A stretch of 32,000 bases of DNA from Pseudidiomarina andamanensis (GTDB lineage Bacteria > Pseudomonadota > Gammaproteobacteria > Enterobacterales > Alteromonadaceae), in NCBI RefSeq assembly GCF_009734345.1, contig NZ_CP032551.1, positions 180,001 through 212,000 of the forward strand, given 5' to 3'. Every line of letters starts with the position of its first letter. The first letter of the stretch is position 1. The notes below the pieces were generated by a model. That model ran no database searches. It was given only the letters and a program-made list of their open reading frames with translations, and was not told where the DNA came from. Shown piece by piece: positions 1 to 10,074 of this stretch. A program made the position numbers and the translations under genes.

Positions 1-260
1 AACAAAGCAACTATTTTGCCATTTAACTGTAAATCAGCAATATCACTCCAATGGCTTTCCCAATCTTCTTGAATTTCGCCGAAATCCCACGTTGAAAGAC
101 CAAAAATAATCACATCGAACTGTTCGGAATCACTGAGCGGCACATCTTTAATGTTGAATAACTCGATCTCACCCGGCGCAAACTGAGCTTGAATTTTCTC
201 TGCTGCAATTTCAGTAAAACACGTGGTTGAGCCGTAAAATAAACCAATGCGTAAAGCCAT
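1..260 (-). CDS. fldB: Flavodoxin (FldB-like), N-terminal part only; the C-terminus lies beyond the left window edge
   Basis: Not in the ORF track because there is no stop in the window. The reverse complement from the ATG (complement of 258-260) reads MALRIGLFYGSTTCFTEIAAEKIQAQFAPGEIELFNIKDVPLSDSEQFDVIIFGLSTWDFGEIQEDWESHWSDIADLQLNGKIVAL. The GLFYGS..T.. FMN loop and the TWDFGEIQEDWE block match E. coli FldB as I recall it. Confidence 0.85.
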   Translation of the reverse strand, partial: MALRIGLFYGSTTCFTEIAAEKIQAQFAPGEIELFNIKDVPLSDSEQFDVIIFGLSTWDFGEIQEDWESHWSDIADLQLNGKIVAL

Positions 261-389
261 GTCTTGTCGCCTAATCATTGATGAGTTCGAGGAATAAAAG
301 AGGTGCCTAGTGTATCAGAAATTACCGCCGTTATGGTATGCTTGCGCATCGAATTCATTGAGCCAATCTAGTGTAATAGGGGATATTTT

Positions 390-677
390 ATGGCATCGGC
401 AGCATTTAACGACTACGTCCAATCACTCGAGCAAGTATTTGATGAGGTCGTTGCGACGGGCTCTGATGATGAGTTATTTGCTAGCGGCTACTTGCGCGGT
501 CATTTTGATTTGGTTGTGGCCCAGCTTGAGCTCAATGATCACGCTAGTGCGGATGCGGTGCTACCAAGCGTACATGCGTCTGTTGAGCAGGCAAAACACG
601 AGTTAGCCCCAGCTGATATGGCACACATACAAGCTATGCTGAATCGGCTTGAAGCCGTTGCGGCGCAAGTCGCTTAA
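390..677 (+). CDS. yfcL: YfcL family protein (95 aa, function unknown)
   Basis: The block SDDELFASGYLRGH is identical to E. coli YfcL. The protein is of similar size. It is convergent with mnmC, as in E. coli. Confidence 0.85.
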   Translation: MASAAFNDYVQSLEQVFDEVVATGSDDELFASGYLRGHFDLVVAQLELNDHASADAVLPSVHASVEQAKHELAPADMAHIQAMLNRLEAVAAQVA

Positions 678-2556
678 TTAACGGCTCAGCCAGTGGTTGT
701 GGCTCTCCTAGCCACTGGCTAACTAACAGCTCCGCGCACAGCGGAGCACTGGTAAATCCGCGCGAACCAAGCCCACTTAATACCCCTAAATTATCTGTTA
801 ACCAACCGCATGCGGGTAAATGGTCGCGGGTTGTATTACGCAATGACGCACGGTTGTTGACCGCACGTAACTCGTGCGTCCAAGGCTGCGCAAGATTATC
901 TTGCAGCGTCAGCAGATTTTCTTCGGTGTCAGCAGCTTCAATGTCTTGATAACTCTCCGACTTAAATTCACGGTTGTAAGTAGCGCCGACACAATGGGTT
1001 AATTCGCCGTTGTTATTTATTGCTGGCGTGAAGTAGCCTTTATAGCAGACCACCATTGGACACGTCGCGCTAACATCATTTGCAGCCACTTGCGTTACCT
1101 GACCGCGTACATTTTGGGTTTCTATTCGCCACTGGGCGAGTAATTGAGATGTATTGGCTCCAGCAGCCACAATTAACGTGCTGGCTTCGAAACGCTCACT
1201 TGCAGAGGTTTCTACCTGCCAATTGCTATTCGAAGTTTTACTAATCTCAGTGATAGGCGACACTTCCATAATGGTCAGGCGTTCGCCGCAGTTGCGCAGA
1301 ATTTGTTCTACCAAGCGTTGTGGCGGCAACCAGCCCGAATTTGGATAAAACAGTGCGGGAAGTGCAGGTAGCGGCTCCCACATGGTTTGTGTTTGTGTCG
1401 CCGTTAATGAAGTGACCAACTCAGGTGCATAACACCCGCTGTCAGCGATTTTGTGCTGGCGCTGTTCACGAATGGCATTAAAGGCAAGGTGAATGACCCC
1501 TGTGGCATGCCATAAATCGGGGCAATTGCTTTGATAAAACTGCCGCGCGTGATCAAACGCACTCACATAAAACTGACTTAGCGGGCTAAGCTCGGCGTGC
1601 AATAACGGATATACAGCCCCTTGAGCGTTGCCAGATGCGCCGTCAGCTATACCGCTGGTAATTAATTGAACGGGGTGGCCGCGTTGTGTAAGCGACCAAG
1701 CAAGACAAGCGGCGGCAATGCCTCCACCTATAACTGTGACCGTCTCGCTTGGGGGTGAGGCAGCGTTTGCTTTTTTTTGAATCGTACCGCGCAGCATTTC
1801 ACGTTTACGACCAAAACCTTTCGACTTTGTGACCTCAAACCCTGCTTCGGTTAAGTCGCGGCGAACGGCTCCGGCCGCCGTAAATGTGGCAAAGGTACCT
1901 GAATTACGGCAGCTATGTGCCATCGCTTGGTATACATTAGGTTGCCACATTTGTGGGTTTTTATCGGGTGCGAAGCCGTCGAGGAACCACGCATCAATTG
2001 TGTTTTTTGCGTTCGGGAGCCAGTTTGGTAATTGCTCATGAATATCGCCAAACCACAAATCGACAACCACACGATTATTGTCGAATTGCATTCGGTGGCA
2101 TCCAGTTTGTGCGGCTGGGTAGGCGTCTAACAGGGCATGAGCCAACTCCGCAAGCTCCGGAAACGCACCGAGCGCCCGTTCGAGATCAGCTTTTTGGAGA
2201 GGATATTTTTCAAACGATACATAATGTAACCGCTGATGAGCAGGAGCTGTTTGTCGGAACAGTTGCCAGCAGGCTAAAAAATTCAAACCAGTACCAAATC
2301 CGGTTTCGGCAATGCGGAAGGTACTGTGCAAAGACGTTTGCCAGCGTGTTGGGAGATCGTTATGCTGAAGGAATACGTAACGGCTTTCGGCGAGTCCGTT
2401 TTCATTGTTAAAATAAATATCATCAAATTCAGTGGAAACAGGAACGCCTAAATTGTTAAAGGTAACCGTAGCAGTAGCAGGTTGCTCACTAGTTGAACGT
2501 TTGTTGAATTGATGACTCACAAAATTGCCTATAGCAGTCAAAGAAACATGCGTCAT
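634..2556 (-). CDS. mnmC: Bifunctional tRNA mnm5s2U34 synthesis enzyme MnmC (methyltransferase plus FAD-dependent cmnm5s2U demodification oxidoreductase)
   Basis: 640 aa. The N-terminal STEFDDIYFNNENGLAESRYVFL matches E. coli MnmC ([23 protein letters not shown]). The dinucleotide-binding motif VTVIGGGIAAACLA opens the C-terminal oxidase half. The gene is divergent from fabB, as in E. coli. Confidence 0.9.
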   Translation of the reverse strand: MTHVSLTAIGNFVSHQFNKRSTSEQPATATVTFNNLGVPVSTEFDDIYFNNENGLAESRYVFLQHNDLPTRWQTSLHSTFRIAETGFGTGLNFLACWQLFRQTAPAHQRLHYVSFEKYPLQKADLERALGAFPELAELAHALLDAYPAAQTGCHRMQFDNNRVVVDLWFGDIHEQLPNWLPNAKNTIDAWFLDGFAPDKNPQMWQPNVYQAMAHSCRNSGTFATFTAAGAVRRDLTEAGFEVTKSKGFGRKREMLRGTIQKKANAASPPSETVTVIGGGIAAACLAWSLTQRGHPVQLITSGIADGASGNAQGAVYPLLHAELSPLSQFYVSAFDHARQFYQSNCPDLWHATGVIHLAFNAIREQRQHKIADSGCYAPELVTSLTATQTQTMWEPLPALPALFYPNSGWLPPQRLVEQILRNCGERLTIMEVSPITEISKTSNSNWQVETSASERFEASTLIVAAGANTSQLLAQWRIETQNVRGQVTQVAANDVSATCPMVVCYKGYFTPAINNNGELTHCVGATYNREFKSESYQDIEAADTEENLLTLQDNLAQPWTHELRAVNNRASLRNTTRDHLPACGWLTDNLGVLSGLGSRGFTSAPLCAELLVSQWLGEPQPLAEPLIKRLAPQRLQADSA

Positions 2557-2652
2557 AGTGTAACAATATTTAGGTAAAAAGGCGGAAAGCAGACCACTTT
2601 TTTCAAGAAGTGAGCTACCATACAGCAGCGCTCAGCAAGACAGGATAACAGA

Positions 2653-3864
2653 ATGAGAAGAGCAGTGATTACCGGTATGGGCATTGTGTCCAGTATCGGC
2701 GTGAACAAACAAGAGGTGTTGGAGTCGTTACAACAAGGACGCTCGGGCATCGAGTTTTCTCAAGAATTTGCCGACATGGGGTTACGGTGTCAGGTGTGGG
2801 GGCCGGTTCGTGCCAACCCTGCTGACCATATTGACCGTAAAGCACTCCGCTTTATGGGCGATTCGGCAGCCTACGCCTATATGGCGATGGCACAAGCGAT
2901 TGAAGACGCCGGTTTGACCGACGAGCAGGTTTCTAATCCGCGCACAGGTTTGGTGGTGGGGTCAGGCGGCGCGTCTGGCGAACATCAAGTTGCGGCAGCC
3001 GATATCATGCGTGAAAAAGGTGTGAAGCGCGTTGGGCCATACATGGTACCGCGTTGCATGGCCTCAACAACTTCGGCATGTTTGGCAACACCATTTCACA
3101 TTAAAGGTGTGAACTACTCAATAAGTTCAGCTTGTGCAACATCAGCGCACTGTATCGGCCATGCGCTTGAACTGATTCAATTCGGTAAACAAGATCGTGT
3201 ATTTGCCGGTGGTGGCGAAGAGCTGCATTGGACGCTTGGTATGGAATTCGATGCCATGGGTGCACTATCAACTAAATACAACGACACGCCGACCAAAGCA
3301 TCACGCACTTATGATGCTGACCGCGATGGTTTTGTGCCAGCAGGCGGCGGCGGTATTTTAGTGATTGAAGAGCTAGAAACTGCATTAGCTCGCGGCGCGC
3401 ATATCTATGCTGAAATTGTTGGCTACGGCGCAACGTCAGATGGCTACGACATGGTTGCACCATCAGGTGAAGGTGCCGTGCGTTGTATGAAGATGGCAAT
3501 GGATACTGTCGACACGCCAATTGACTACCTCAATACTCACGGTACTTCAACGCCAGTTGGTGATACCAAAGAGCTTGAAGCGATTCGCGAAGTTTTTGGT
3601 GAAAAATCGCCGTATATTAGTGCGACGAAAGCAATGACCGGTCATGCTCTTGGTGCAGCTGGTGTACATGAAGCCATTTACTCATTGTTAATGTTGCAAC
3701 ATGGTTTTGTAGCACCATCAATTAACATCGAATCGATAGACCCAGCCGCTGAAGGCATGAACATTGTTCGCGAGCCACAAAAAGCTGAGTTAACCACAGT
3801 GATGTCGAATAGTTTTGGCTTCGGTGGAACTAACGCAACGTTAGTTTTGCGTAAATATCAATAA
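2653..3864 (+). CDS. fabB: 3-oxoacyl-ACP synthase I (KAS I)
   Basis: 403 aa with very high similarity to E. coli FabB along the whole length ([16 protein letters not shown]..., [30 protein letters not shown]). Confidence 0.96.
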   Translation: MRRAVITGMGIVSSIGVNKQEVLESLQQGRSGIEFSQEFADMGLRCQVWGPVRANPADHIDRKALRFMGDSAAYAYMAMAQAIEDAGLTDEQVSNPRTGLVVGSGGASGEHQVAAADIMREKGVKRVGPYMVPRCMASTTSACLATPFHIKGVNYSISSACATSAHCIGHALELIQFGKQDRVFAGGGEELHWTLGMEFDAMGALSTKYNDTPTKASRTYDADRDGFVPAGGGGILVIEELETALARGAHIYAEIVGYGATSDGYDMVAPSGEGAVRCMKMAMDTVDTPIDYLNTHGTSTPVGDTKELEAIREVFGEKSPYISATKAMTGHALGAAGVHEAIYSLLMLQHGFVAPSINIESIDPAAEGMNIVREPQKAELTTVMSNSFGFGGTNATLVLRKYQ

Positions 3865-3894
3865 AATTAACATCTTCATCAGGCATACGGTGGT

Positions 3895-3922
3895 AAAAAG
3901 GTGCGCAAATGCGCACCTTTTT
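3895..3922 (+). terminator. Rho-independent terminator after fabB
   Basis: Perfect 12-bp arms aaaaaggtgcgc / gcgcaccttttt with a 4-nt loop (aaat). The T-run lies on the 3' side. It starts 31 nt after the fabB stop. Confidence 0.75.
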
Positions 3923-3972
3923 GTTGTATGCTCTTTAACAATTCATCCATCGTTATCTGACAAGGTATTTTG

Positions 3973-5184
3973 ATGCACCTTTTGGCTGATGCTTCGATGC
4001 CGCTGGTTGCCCAACTTGCTAAAGCGTTTTCTGATGCGCTCCATGAGCAGGGCATCTCATTTACGTTGAGCACCTTTGAAGGCCGCCAACCTACTCCTGA
4101 ACAACTTGCCAGTGCTGATTTATTAATGATTCGCTCAATTACCAAGGTTGATGCTGAGTTATTGCAACGTGCACCGCGAATAAAGTGGATAGGTACGGCG
4201 ACGATTGGTACCGAACATGTTGATGCTGTGGCATGCCGCGACGCAGACGTTACCTTTGTTTCGACGCCTGGTGTGAACGCTAACGCTGTCGGCGATTATG
4301 TCGCCAGCGCGGTTAGCAATATTGCCTTAGAGCAGGGGGCTTTGCCCAACGGCGAGGTAGCAATTATCGGTGCCGGTCATACTGGTCGCGCTGCGGGACA
4401 ACGTTTGCGCGGACTCGGTTTGAAGGTACATTTTTACGATCCACCATTATTGCAGCATGCAACGTCTCAAGGGTATGACGATATTCACAACGATTGGCAA
4501 CGTGTGCTGAAGAGTCAGGTGATTAGCTGCCATGTGCCGTTAACGAAAGATGGCGATTACCCAACCTATCATTTATTTTCTGACCGAAGCATTGCTGCAC
4601 TCGTTGATGATTGCATTTTGATAAACGCAAGTCGTGGTGCTGTTGTGGCTGAGCAGGCTTTACGCTCTGCGAAGCACCGTAAGCAGCGTCTTCAGGTTGT
4701 GCTTGATGTGTGGGAAAACGAACCGCAAATCGCCGTTGAATTACTGCCTTGGCTTCGTTATGCCACTGCGCATATTGCAGGCCATAGTGTTGCTGGTAAA
4801 GTGGGGGGAACGTTGCGCTTATTTCATGAACTGGCTGGCTTTTTAAAGCAACCGCAACTAACGTCCGTTCTGCCGTCGTTGAAGCATCTCATGCAGCCGT
4901 GGCCAGAAGCTATTCGGGATTACTGTTGGCAGGCAAATGAGCAACCAACATGGCAAATGCTAGCATCTTGGGTGCGCGACATTTATGATATACGCATCGA
5001 CGACAAATTATTGCGTCAGGCAACACCAGAGCCAGCAGCATTTGATGCGCTTCGGCGCACTTATTCGGCGCGTGCAGAGTTATCGCAAGGAATGGTCGTT
5101 GGTGGTCGTTGGCTAGCGCAAAGTGAGTGGCAGAATCGTCTGCAACAACTCACATTTTCACACATACAAAAGCAGGAGCAGTAA
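3973..5184 (+). CDS. pdxB: Erythronate-4-phosphate dehydrogenase
   Basis: MHLLADASMP aligns with E. coli PdxB MKILVDENMP, so I prefer the ATG at 3973 over the TTG at 3970. NAD-binding motif IIGAGHTGRA is present, as are INASRGAVV and VLDVWENEP. Confidence 0.9.
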   Translation: MHLLADASMPLVAQLAKAFSDALHEQGISFTLSTFEGRQPTPEQLASADLLMIRSITKVDAELLQRAPRIKWIGTATIGTEHVDAVACRDADVTFVSTPGVNANAVGDYVASAVSNIALEQGALPNGEVAIIGAGHTGRAAGQRLRGLGLKVHFYDPPLLQHATSQGYDDIHNDWQRVLKSQVISCHVPLTKDGDYPTYHLFSDRSIAALVDDCILINASRGAVVAEQALRSAKHRKQRLQVVLDVWENEPQIAVELLPWLRYATAHIAGHSVAGKVGGTLRLFHELAGFLKQPQLTSVLPSLKHLMQPWPEAIRDYCWQANEQPTWQMLASWVRDIYDIRIDDKLLRQATPEPAAFDALRRTYSARAELSQGMVVGGRWLAQSEWQNRLQQLTFSHIQKQEQ

Positions 5185-6200
5185 TGTCACGAGCATTTAA
5201 CGTAGCTGTACTTGGTGCAACCGGTTTGGTTGGCCAGCATATGATTGAAATTCTTGAAGCACGGGACTTTCCTGTCGCGCAATTGTTTCCATTAGCGAGC
5301 AGCCGCTCCGCAGGCTCAACAGTTAAATTTCGTGGCGAAGAAATCACAGTTGAAGATGCTGATACCTTTGACTGGAGCCAAGTAGAACTTGGATTCTTCT
5401 CTGCCGGAGGCAACATTTCTCGTATTTACGCGCCAAAGGCGGCTGATGCTGGGTGTGTAGTTATCGATAACACCTCAGAGTTTCGTTACGAGCCGGATAT
5501 CCCGTTAGTTGTGCCAGAAGTGAACGCGCATGCATTAGTCGATTTCCGTAATCGCAATATTATTGCCAATCCGAATTGCTCAACCATTCAAATGTTAGTG
5601 GCATTGAAGCCGATTCATGACGCGGTTGGTATCGATCGCATCAATGTCGCGACTTATCAGTCGACCTCAGGTGCAGGCAAAGAAGCGATGGATGAATTGG
5701 CGCAGCAGACAGCCGCGCTCTTGAATGGACGACCAGTTGAAGTCGAGAGGTTTAGCCGTCAAATCGCCTTCAATTGTATTCCACAGATTGATGTGTTTTT
5801 AGATAACGACTACACCAAAGAAGAAATGAAAATGGTGTGGGAAACACAAAAAATCTTTGGCGATGAAAGCATTCGGGTGAATGCAACGGCTGTGCGTGTA
5901 CCAGTATTTTTTGGTCATGCAGAGGCGATACATATTGAAACTTTACAACCAATTGATGCGGTACAGGCGAAGGAATTGCTGCGTAACGCACCGGGGGTTG
6001 TTTTGTTTGACAATAACGATGATTTTCCGACACAAATAGGTAACGCTGCCGGACACGATGAAGTTTTTGTAGGACGCGTGCGCAATGATATCTCTCACCC
6101 ACAAGGATTAAACCTGTGGGTTGTAGCGGATAATGTGCGCAAAGGCGCCGCGACAAACAGTATTCAGATTGCAGAACACTTAATTCGCGACTATATGTAA
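5184..6200 (+). CDS. asd: Aspartate-semialdehyde dehydrogenase, short (asd2/usg-type) form
   Basis: The track ORF starts at 5127. The conserved N-terminus MSRAFNVAVLGATGLVGQ starts at ATG 5184, with AGGAG at 5174-5178. This ATG overlaps the pdxB TAA (TAATG). The active-site NPNCSTIQ Cys and the later FFGHAEA His are present. The position downstream of pdxB matches E. coli usg. Confidence 0.85.
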   Translation: MSRAFNVAVLGATGLVGQHMIEILEARDFPVAQLFPLASSRSAGSTVKFRGEEITVEDADTFDWSQVELGFFSAGGNISRIYAPKAADAGCVVIDNTSEFRYEPDIPLVVPEVNAHALVDFRNRNIIANPNCSTIQMLVALKPIHDAVGIDRINVATYQSTSGAGKEAMDELAQQTAALLNGRPVEVERFSRQIAFNCIPQIDVFLDNDYTKEEMKMVWETQKIFGDESIRVNATAVRVPVFFGHAEAIHIETLQPIDAVQAKELLRNAPGVVLFDNNDDFPTQIGNAAGHDEVFVGRVRNDISHPQGLNLWVVADNVRKGAATNSIQIAEHLIRDYM

Positions 6201-6263
6201 AACTATCTATCTTTCAATGCGGTACCGATAATTACAACGATTACAAAAGAGGGAACCAGCTCA

Positions 6264-8312
6264 ATGAAACGGAATAGCTTGGCACTGGCGGCCGGTATAG
6301 CACTGGCACTCGGCTCGTCGGCAGTGGTTACTGCTGACGCGAGCTTTGTGAATACAAGTGCAGCGGCGATGCTGCAAGGTCAGGCCACGTCGCGATGGCA
6401 GCCTGATCGGTTTGGTCCAATTGTTGCGTCCGATACGTTGTGGTCAATTGCCATGTATTACGGCGATCAGACCGATCTATCTGTCTACGAAATGATGGAT
6501 TTGTTCATTGAGTTAAACCCTGAGGCCTTCATTAACGGTCGTGCAGATCGAATGATGGATGGCTATTATTTGAAAGTTCCGGAAGTGGCGCAGCGCGCTC
6601 GCGCAGGAAGCTCCGAAAGTAAGGCGGTAGTAGCGACAACTGAGTCACCAAAAGTTACAGCGAGTGAAGAGCCTCAAGCAGAGTCAAAAGCGACCGTAGA
6701 AACTGTCAACGCAGATGTTGAAGTTGCGGGTGAGAGCGTAGAGTTTGGTGTGGCTGAATTGACGCAATTACGGACACAGCTTGCGGAATCAATTTCTTTG
6801 ATTGAACGCTTAAATACTGAAAACAATGCGCTACAGCAGCGTCTTGATTCAGTGAATGCGGAATTAGAACAACTGCGCTTAAAAGTTGACGCTGAACAGA
6901 TCGCGGAAAATGAACTGCAGGAGCAGATTGCGGCGGAAATTGTCGCGACCAAGGTTGAAACAGGCGAAGTTGAAGTCACTCCACAAACTGCTTCGGCTTC
7001 CGAACCAACTAGCAAAACTAACGAAGTTGAAACTGAAACCGCTACGACAACAGCGGAACCAGCAGCGGCACCAACATCAGCAGCACAACAGCCTACAGAA
7101 ACTCAGCCTGCTGAGACCAAGGTAGCTGAGCCTGAGGTAATAAAACCTAAAGCGGCTGAATCGAAACCCGTTAAACGTAAGCAACAATCTGAGTACGAAG
7201 AATTCTTAGATTGGTTGATGCAACCTTTCCAGCTGACTTTAGCTATTCTTATTCCTCTATTATTAGCGGCAATCATTTGGTATGTGTTGTATGTACGTCG
7301 CCTTAACCGTGAAACTCTCGGGCCATACAATGGCGCTATGCAAGCGGCAGAGCAAGAGCAGCAGCAAGAACAAAGCGCAGCCGGCGATAAACTGAGTGCA
7401 TATGAGGAAGCTGAGCAAGCGGCCTACGCTGAAGAGGCAGCCGATATGCCAGAATTTGAGCGCTTAGATAACGAAGAAGACGAGGTTGTCACTGAAGAGG
7501 CTGAAGTAGAGAATAGTCTTGACGATGAATTAAGTGCGCTCGATGGCACCGAAGATGAATTTGAAGCGATTGACGAAACCGTTGATGATGAAGCCGATCT
7601 GGATACCTTGTTGGCATCTAGTTTTGACGATGACGAAGCCGAGAGTGCATCGACAACTGAAGAAGAGTCAGCGGCTGCGGAAGTTGAAATTGAGCCGGAA
7701 TACGAGCCAGAAGTAGAGCCAACCCAGGAACTTGAGTCGGTCGATGAAGATTTATCGTTAGAGTTCGATTCAGAGCCGGCGGAACCAGTGACGCCGAAAG
7801 CTGAGACTAAATCAGAGGAACCGGTCAGTACTGACGATGATGAAATGAGTTTAGATTTTCATATCGATGATGCGGGCTCTGCAAACGAAGACCCCGAGGT
7901 GCCAGCCGTAGATGAAGCGCCAGTAACCGATCTCGAAGTTGAACTTGAGCAATTTGAAGATGTTGATCTTGATGATATCGATCTTGAAGCTTTGACCACT
8001 GAAGAGGCCACTAAACCAGAAGCTGAAGATGATTCTGATGATGCGGCGTTTTTAGAAATCGATGCGTTGCTTGAAGAAGCAGAATCGGCAGACTCTGATT
8101 TTGATAGCCCACGGTTTGAACGTGAGTCTGGCCAAGTAGACGACAACGAAGAAACGCCGTCAGGTATGATTGATCTTGCTCGTGCTTATTTAGAAATGGA
8201 CGAGTATGAGTTGGCGCGCAATGAACTTGAAAAAGTAGCGCAGACTGACGATGAAGACGCGAAACGCGAAGCGGCAATGTTATTACAGAAAATTGAAGAA
8301 CAGGGTCATTAA
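6264..8312 (+). CDS. fimV: FimV/HubP-like polar landmark protein (LysM domain, one TM segment, long acidic region, FimV C-terminal motif)
   Basis: The N-terminal signal-like sequence is followed by a LysM-like [11 protein letters not shown]...LKVP block. A TM segment follows ([21 protein letters not shown]). Then comes a very long D/E-rich low-complexity tail. The C-terminal [25 protein letters not shown] matches the FimV C-terminal motif. The asd-fimV-truA context is as in Pseudomonas and Vibrio. Confidence 0.8.
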   Translation: MKRNSLALAAGIALALGSSAVVTADASFVNTSAAAMLQGQATSRWQPDRFGPIVASDTLWSIAMYYGDQTDLSVYEMMDLFIELNPEAFINGRADRMMDGYYLKVPEVAQRARAGSSESKAVVATTESPKVTASEEPQAESKATVETVNADVEVAGESVEFGVAELTQLRTQLAESISLIERLNTENNALQQRLDSVNAELEQLRLKVDAEQIAENELQEQIAAEIVATKVETGEVEVTPQTASASEPTSKTNEVETETATTTAEPAAAPTSAAQQPTETQPAETKVAEPEVIKPKAAESKPVKRKQQSEYEEFLDWLMQPFQLTLAILIPLLLAAIIWYVLYVRRLNRETLGPYNGAMQAAEQEQQQEQSAAGDKLSAYEEAEQAAYAEEAADMPEFERLDNEEDEVVTEEAEVENSLDDELSALDGTEDEFEAIDETVDDEADLDTLLASSFDDDEAESASTTEEESAAAEVEIEPEYEPEVEPTQELESVDEDLSLEFDSEPAEPVTPKAETKSEEPVSTDDDEMSLDFHIDDAGSANEDPEVPAVDEAPVTDLEVELEQFEDVDLDDIDLEALTTEEATKPEAEDDSDDAAFLEIDALLEEAESADSDFDSPRFERESGQVDDNEETPSGMIDLARAYLEMDEYELARNELEKVAQTDDEDAKREAAMLLQKIEEQGH

Positions 8313-9109
8313 TGAGTAGTACGCGCATTGCGCTTGGTATTGAATACGACGGAAGTCAGTATTTTGGGTGGCAGCGACAACGCGAAGTTGTCTGTGTTCA
8401 AGAAGTTTTAGAGCGTGCTCTGAGTAAAGTCGCGAACCATCCGGTGGAAGTTACCTGCGCAGGGCGCACCGATGCAGGCGTTCACGCAACAGGGCAGGTT
8501 GTACACTTTGATTGTCAGTTTGAGCGGGCGATGCCCGCTTGGACTATGGGAGTGAATAGCAACCTGCCTGATTCAGTTGCAGTACGTTGGGCGCGCGAAG
8601 TACCGGATACGTTTAATGCTCGTTTCAGTGCGACCGGTCGGCGTTACCGTTATATTATTGCGAATCAAAAAATGCGCCCAGGCATTCTCGGACGTGGTTT
8701 AAGCCATTACCATCAACCGCTTGATGCGGAACGTATGCATGAGGCGGCACAACACCTTATCGGCGAACATGATTTTAGTGCGTTTCGCGCTGCTCAATGC
8801 CAATCACATTCGCCGAATCGCTGTGTCACGAGAATTGACGTGCGTCGTTTTGGTGATTTCATTGTGGTTGATATTGCGGCCAATGCGTTTTTACATCATA
8901 TGGTTCGTAACATTGTTGGTAGTTTGCTTGAGGTTGGTAAAGGCGAGCAGTCAGAGTCGTGGCTAGCAACTTTATTGGCGGGACGAGATAGAACACTAGC
9001 GGCAGCCACCGCGAAAGCCGAAGGGTTATATTTGGTACAAGTGGACTATCCGCAAGAGTTTGATCTACCACAATTACCACCCGGTCCACTTTGGCTACCT
9101 GACTGTTAA
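8312..9109 (+). CDS. truA: tRNA pseudouridine(38-40) synthase A
   Basis: 265 aa. It carries [17 protein letters not shown] with the catalytic Asp, and RYRY. The ATG overlaps the fimV TAA (TAATG). Confidence 0.93.
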   Translation: MSSTRIALGIEYDGSQYFGWQRQREVVCVQEVLERALSKVANHPVEVTCAGRTDAGVHATGQVVHFDCQFERAMPAWTMGVNSNLPDSVAVRWAREVPDTFNARFSATGRRYRYIIANQKMRPGILGRGLSHYHQPLDAERMHEAAQHLIGEHDFSAFRAAQCQSHSPNRCVTRIDVRRFGDFIVVDIAANAFLHHMVRNIVGSLLEVGKGEQSESWLATLLAGRDRTLAAATAKAEGLYLVQVDYPQEFDLPQLPPGPLWLPDC

Positions 9110-9208
9110 GACCACTTTTTGCTAAACTGATTTCATAGAATATGCTTTAATAGAGCGTATTTACTGGCAATTACGCCACATGACTGAACAAGTTAACAAC
9201 GGAATATT

Positions 9209-10072
9209 ATGAGCTGGATAGAGCGAATTCTTGCAAAACCGAAAAGCAACAAACGCCGCAACATTCCTGAAGGGGTGTGGGCGAAGTGTACGAGTTGCGA
9301 TGCTATTCTCTATAGTGCTGATTTAGAACGCAGCTTGAACGTCTGTCCAAAGTGTGACCATCACATGCGCGTGTCTGCGCGAGTGCGTTTAGCGAACTTT
9401 TTAGATGACGGCAAGGGTGAAGAAATCGGTGCAGAACTCGAGCCCAAAGACGTGCTTAAATTCCGTGATTCAAAAAAATATAAAGACCGTATTGCTGCGG
9501 CTCAAAAAGCGACCGGCGAGAAAGACGCTCTAGTAGCACAGAAAGGTCGTTTAAAGGGTATGCCTGTTGTTGCCGTTGCTTTTGAATTTGATTTCATGGG
9601 CGGTTCGATGGCATCGGTTGTTGGTGCACGTTTTGTGAAAGCGGCAGAAGTCTGTTTACGCGAGCGTATTCCACTGATTTGTTTTTCAGCTTCAGGCGGC
9701 GCACGTATGCAAGAAGCGTTGTTGTCATTGATGCAAATGGCAAAGACGTCGGCGGCACTGGCACGCATGAGCGAAGAAGGCCTCCCGTTTATTTCAGTGC
9801 TAACCGACCCAACTATGGGCGGTGTATCAGCAAGTTTGGCTATGTTGGGCGATATCAATATCGCTGAACCGAAAGCGTTGATTGGTTTTGCTGGTCCGCG
9901 AGTGATTGAGCAGACCGTACGTGAAACTCTTCCTGAAGGCTTCCAACGCGCCGAGTTTTTGGTTGATCATGGTGCGGTAGACATGATTGTTGATCGTCGC
10001 CAGATGCGTAATCGAATTGCCGCATTGCTGGCAAAATTTCAGCACCTGCCGGCAGTCGCTGACGAATATTAA
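9209..10072 (+). CDS. accD: Acetyl-CoA carboxylase carboxyltransferase beta subunit
   Basis: The N-terminus MSWIERI is followed by the zinc ribbon CTSCDAILY...CPKCDHH. There is long identity to E. coli AccD ([42 protein letters not shown]). Confidence 0.96.
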   Translation: MSWIERILAKPKSNKRRNIPEGVWAKCTSCDAILYSADLERSLNVCPKCDHHMRVSARVRLANFLDDGKGEEIGAELEPKDVLKFRDSKKYKDRIAAAQKATGEKDALVAQKGRLKGMPVVAVAFEFDFMGGSMASVVGARFVKAAEVCLRERIPLICFSASGGARMQEALLSLMQMAKTSAALARMSEEGLPFISVLTDPTMGGVSASLAMLGDINIAEPKALIGFAGPRVIEQTVRETLPEGFQRAEFLVDHGAVDMIVDRRQMRNRIAALLAKFQHLPAVADEY

Positions 10073-10074
10073 GC

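Noticed and set aside
310-606. 98-aa ORF overlapping yfcL in another frame
   Set aside because: The 390-677 frame reproduces the conserved YfcL block SDDELFASGYLRGH. The alternative frame has no similarity to anything I recognise.
1953-2411. 152-aa + strand ORF, plus smaller ORFs at 1154-1348, 1829-2041 and 1851-2072, inside mnmC
   Set aside because: They are antisense or out of frame relative to a well-supported MnmC frame. The peptides are Arg-rich with low information content and have no RBS.
2585-2599. Possible FadR box upstream of fabB (complement AAGTGGTCTGCTTTC versus consensus AnCTGGTCnGAcnTnTT)
   Set aside because: The match is only partial, the right half-site is poor, and I cannot score it. 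The position about 55-70 nt upstream of the ATG is plausible, but the evidence is insufficient to annotate.
3879-4145. 88-aa minus-strand ORF spanning the fabB terminator and the pdxB 5' end
   Set aside because: It runs through a terminator hairpin and is antisense to the conserved PdxB N-terminus.
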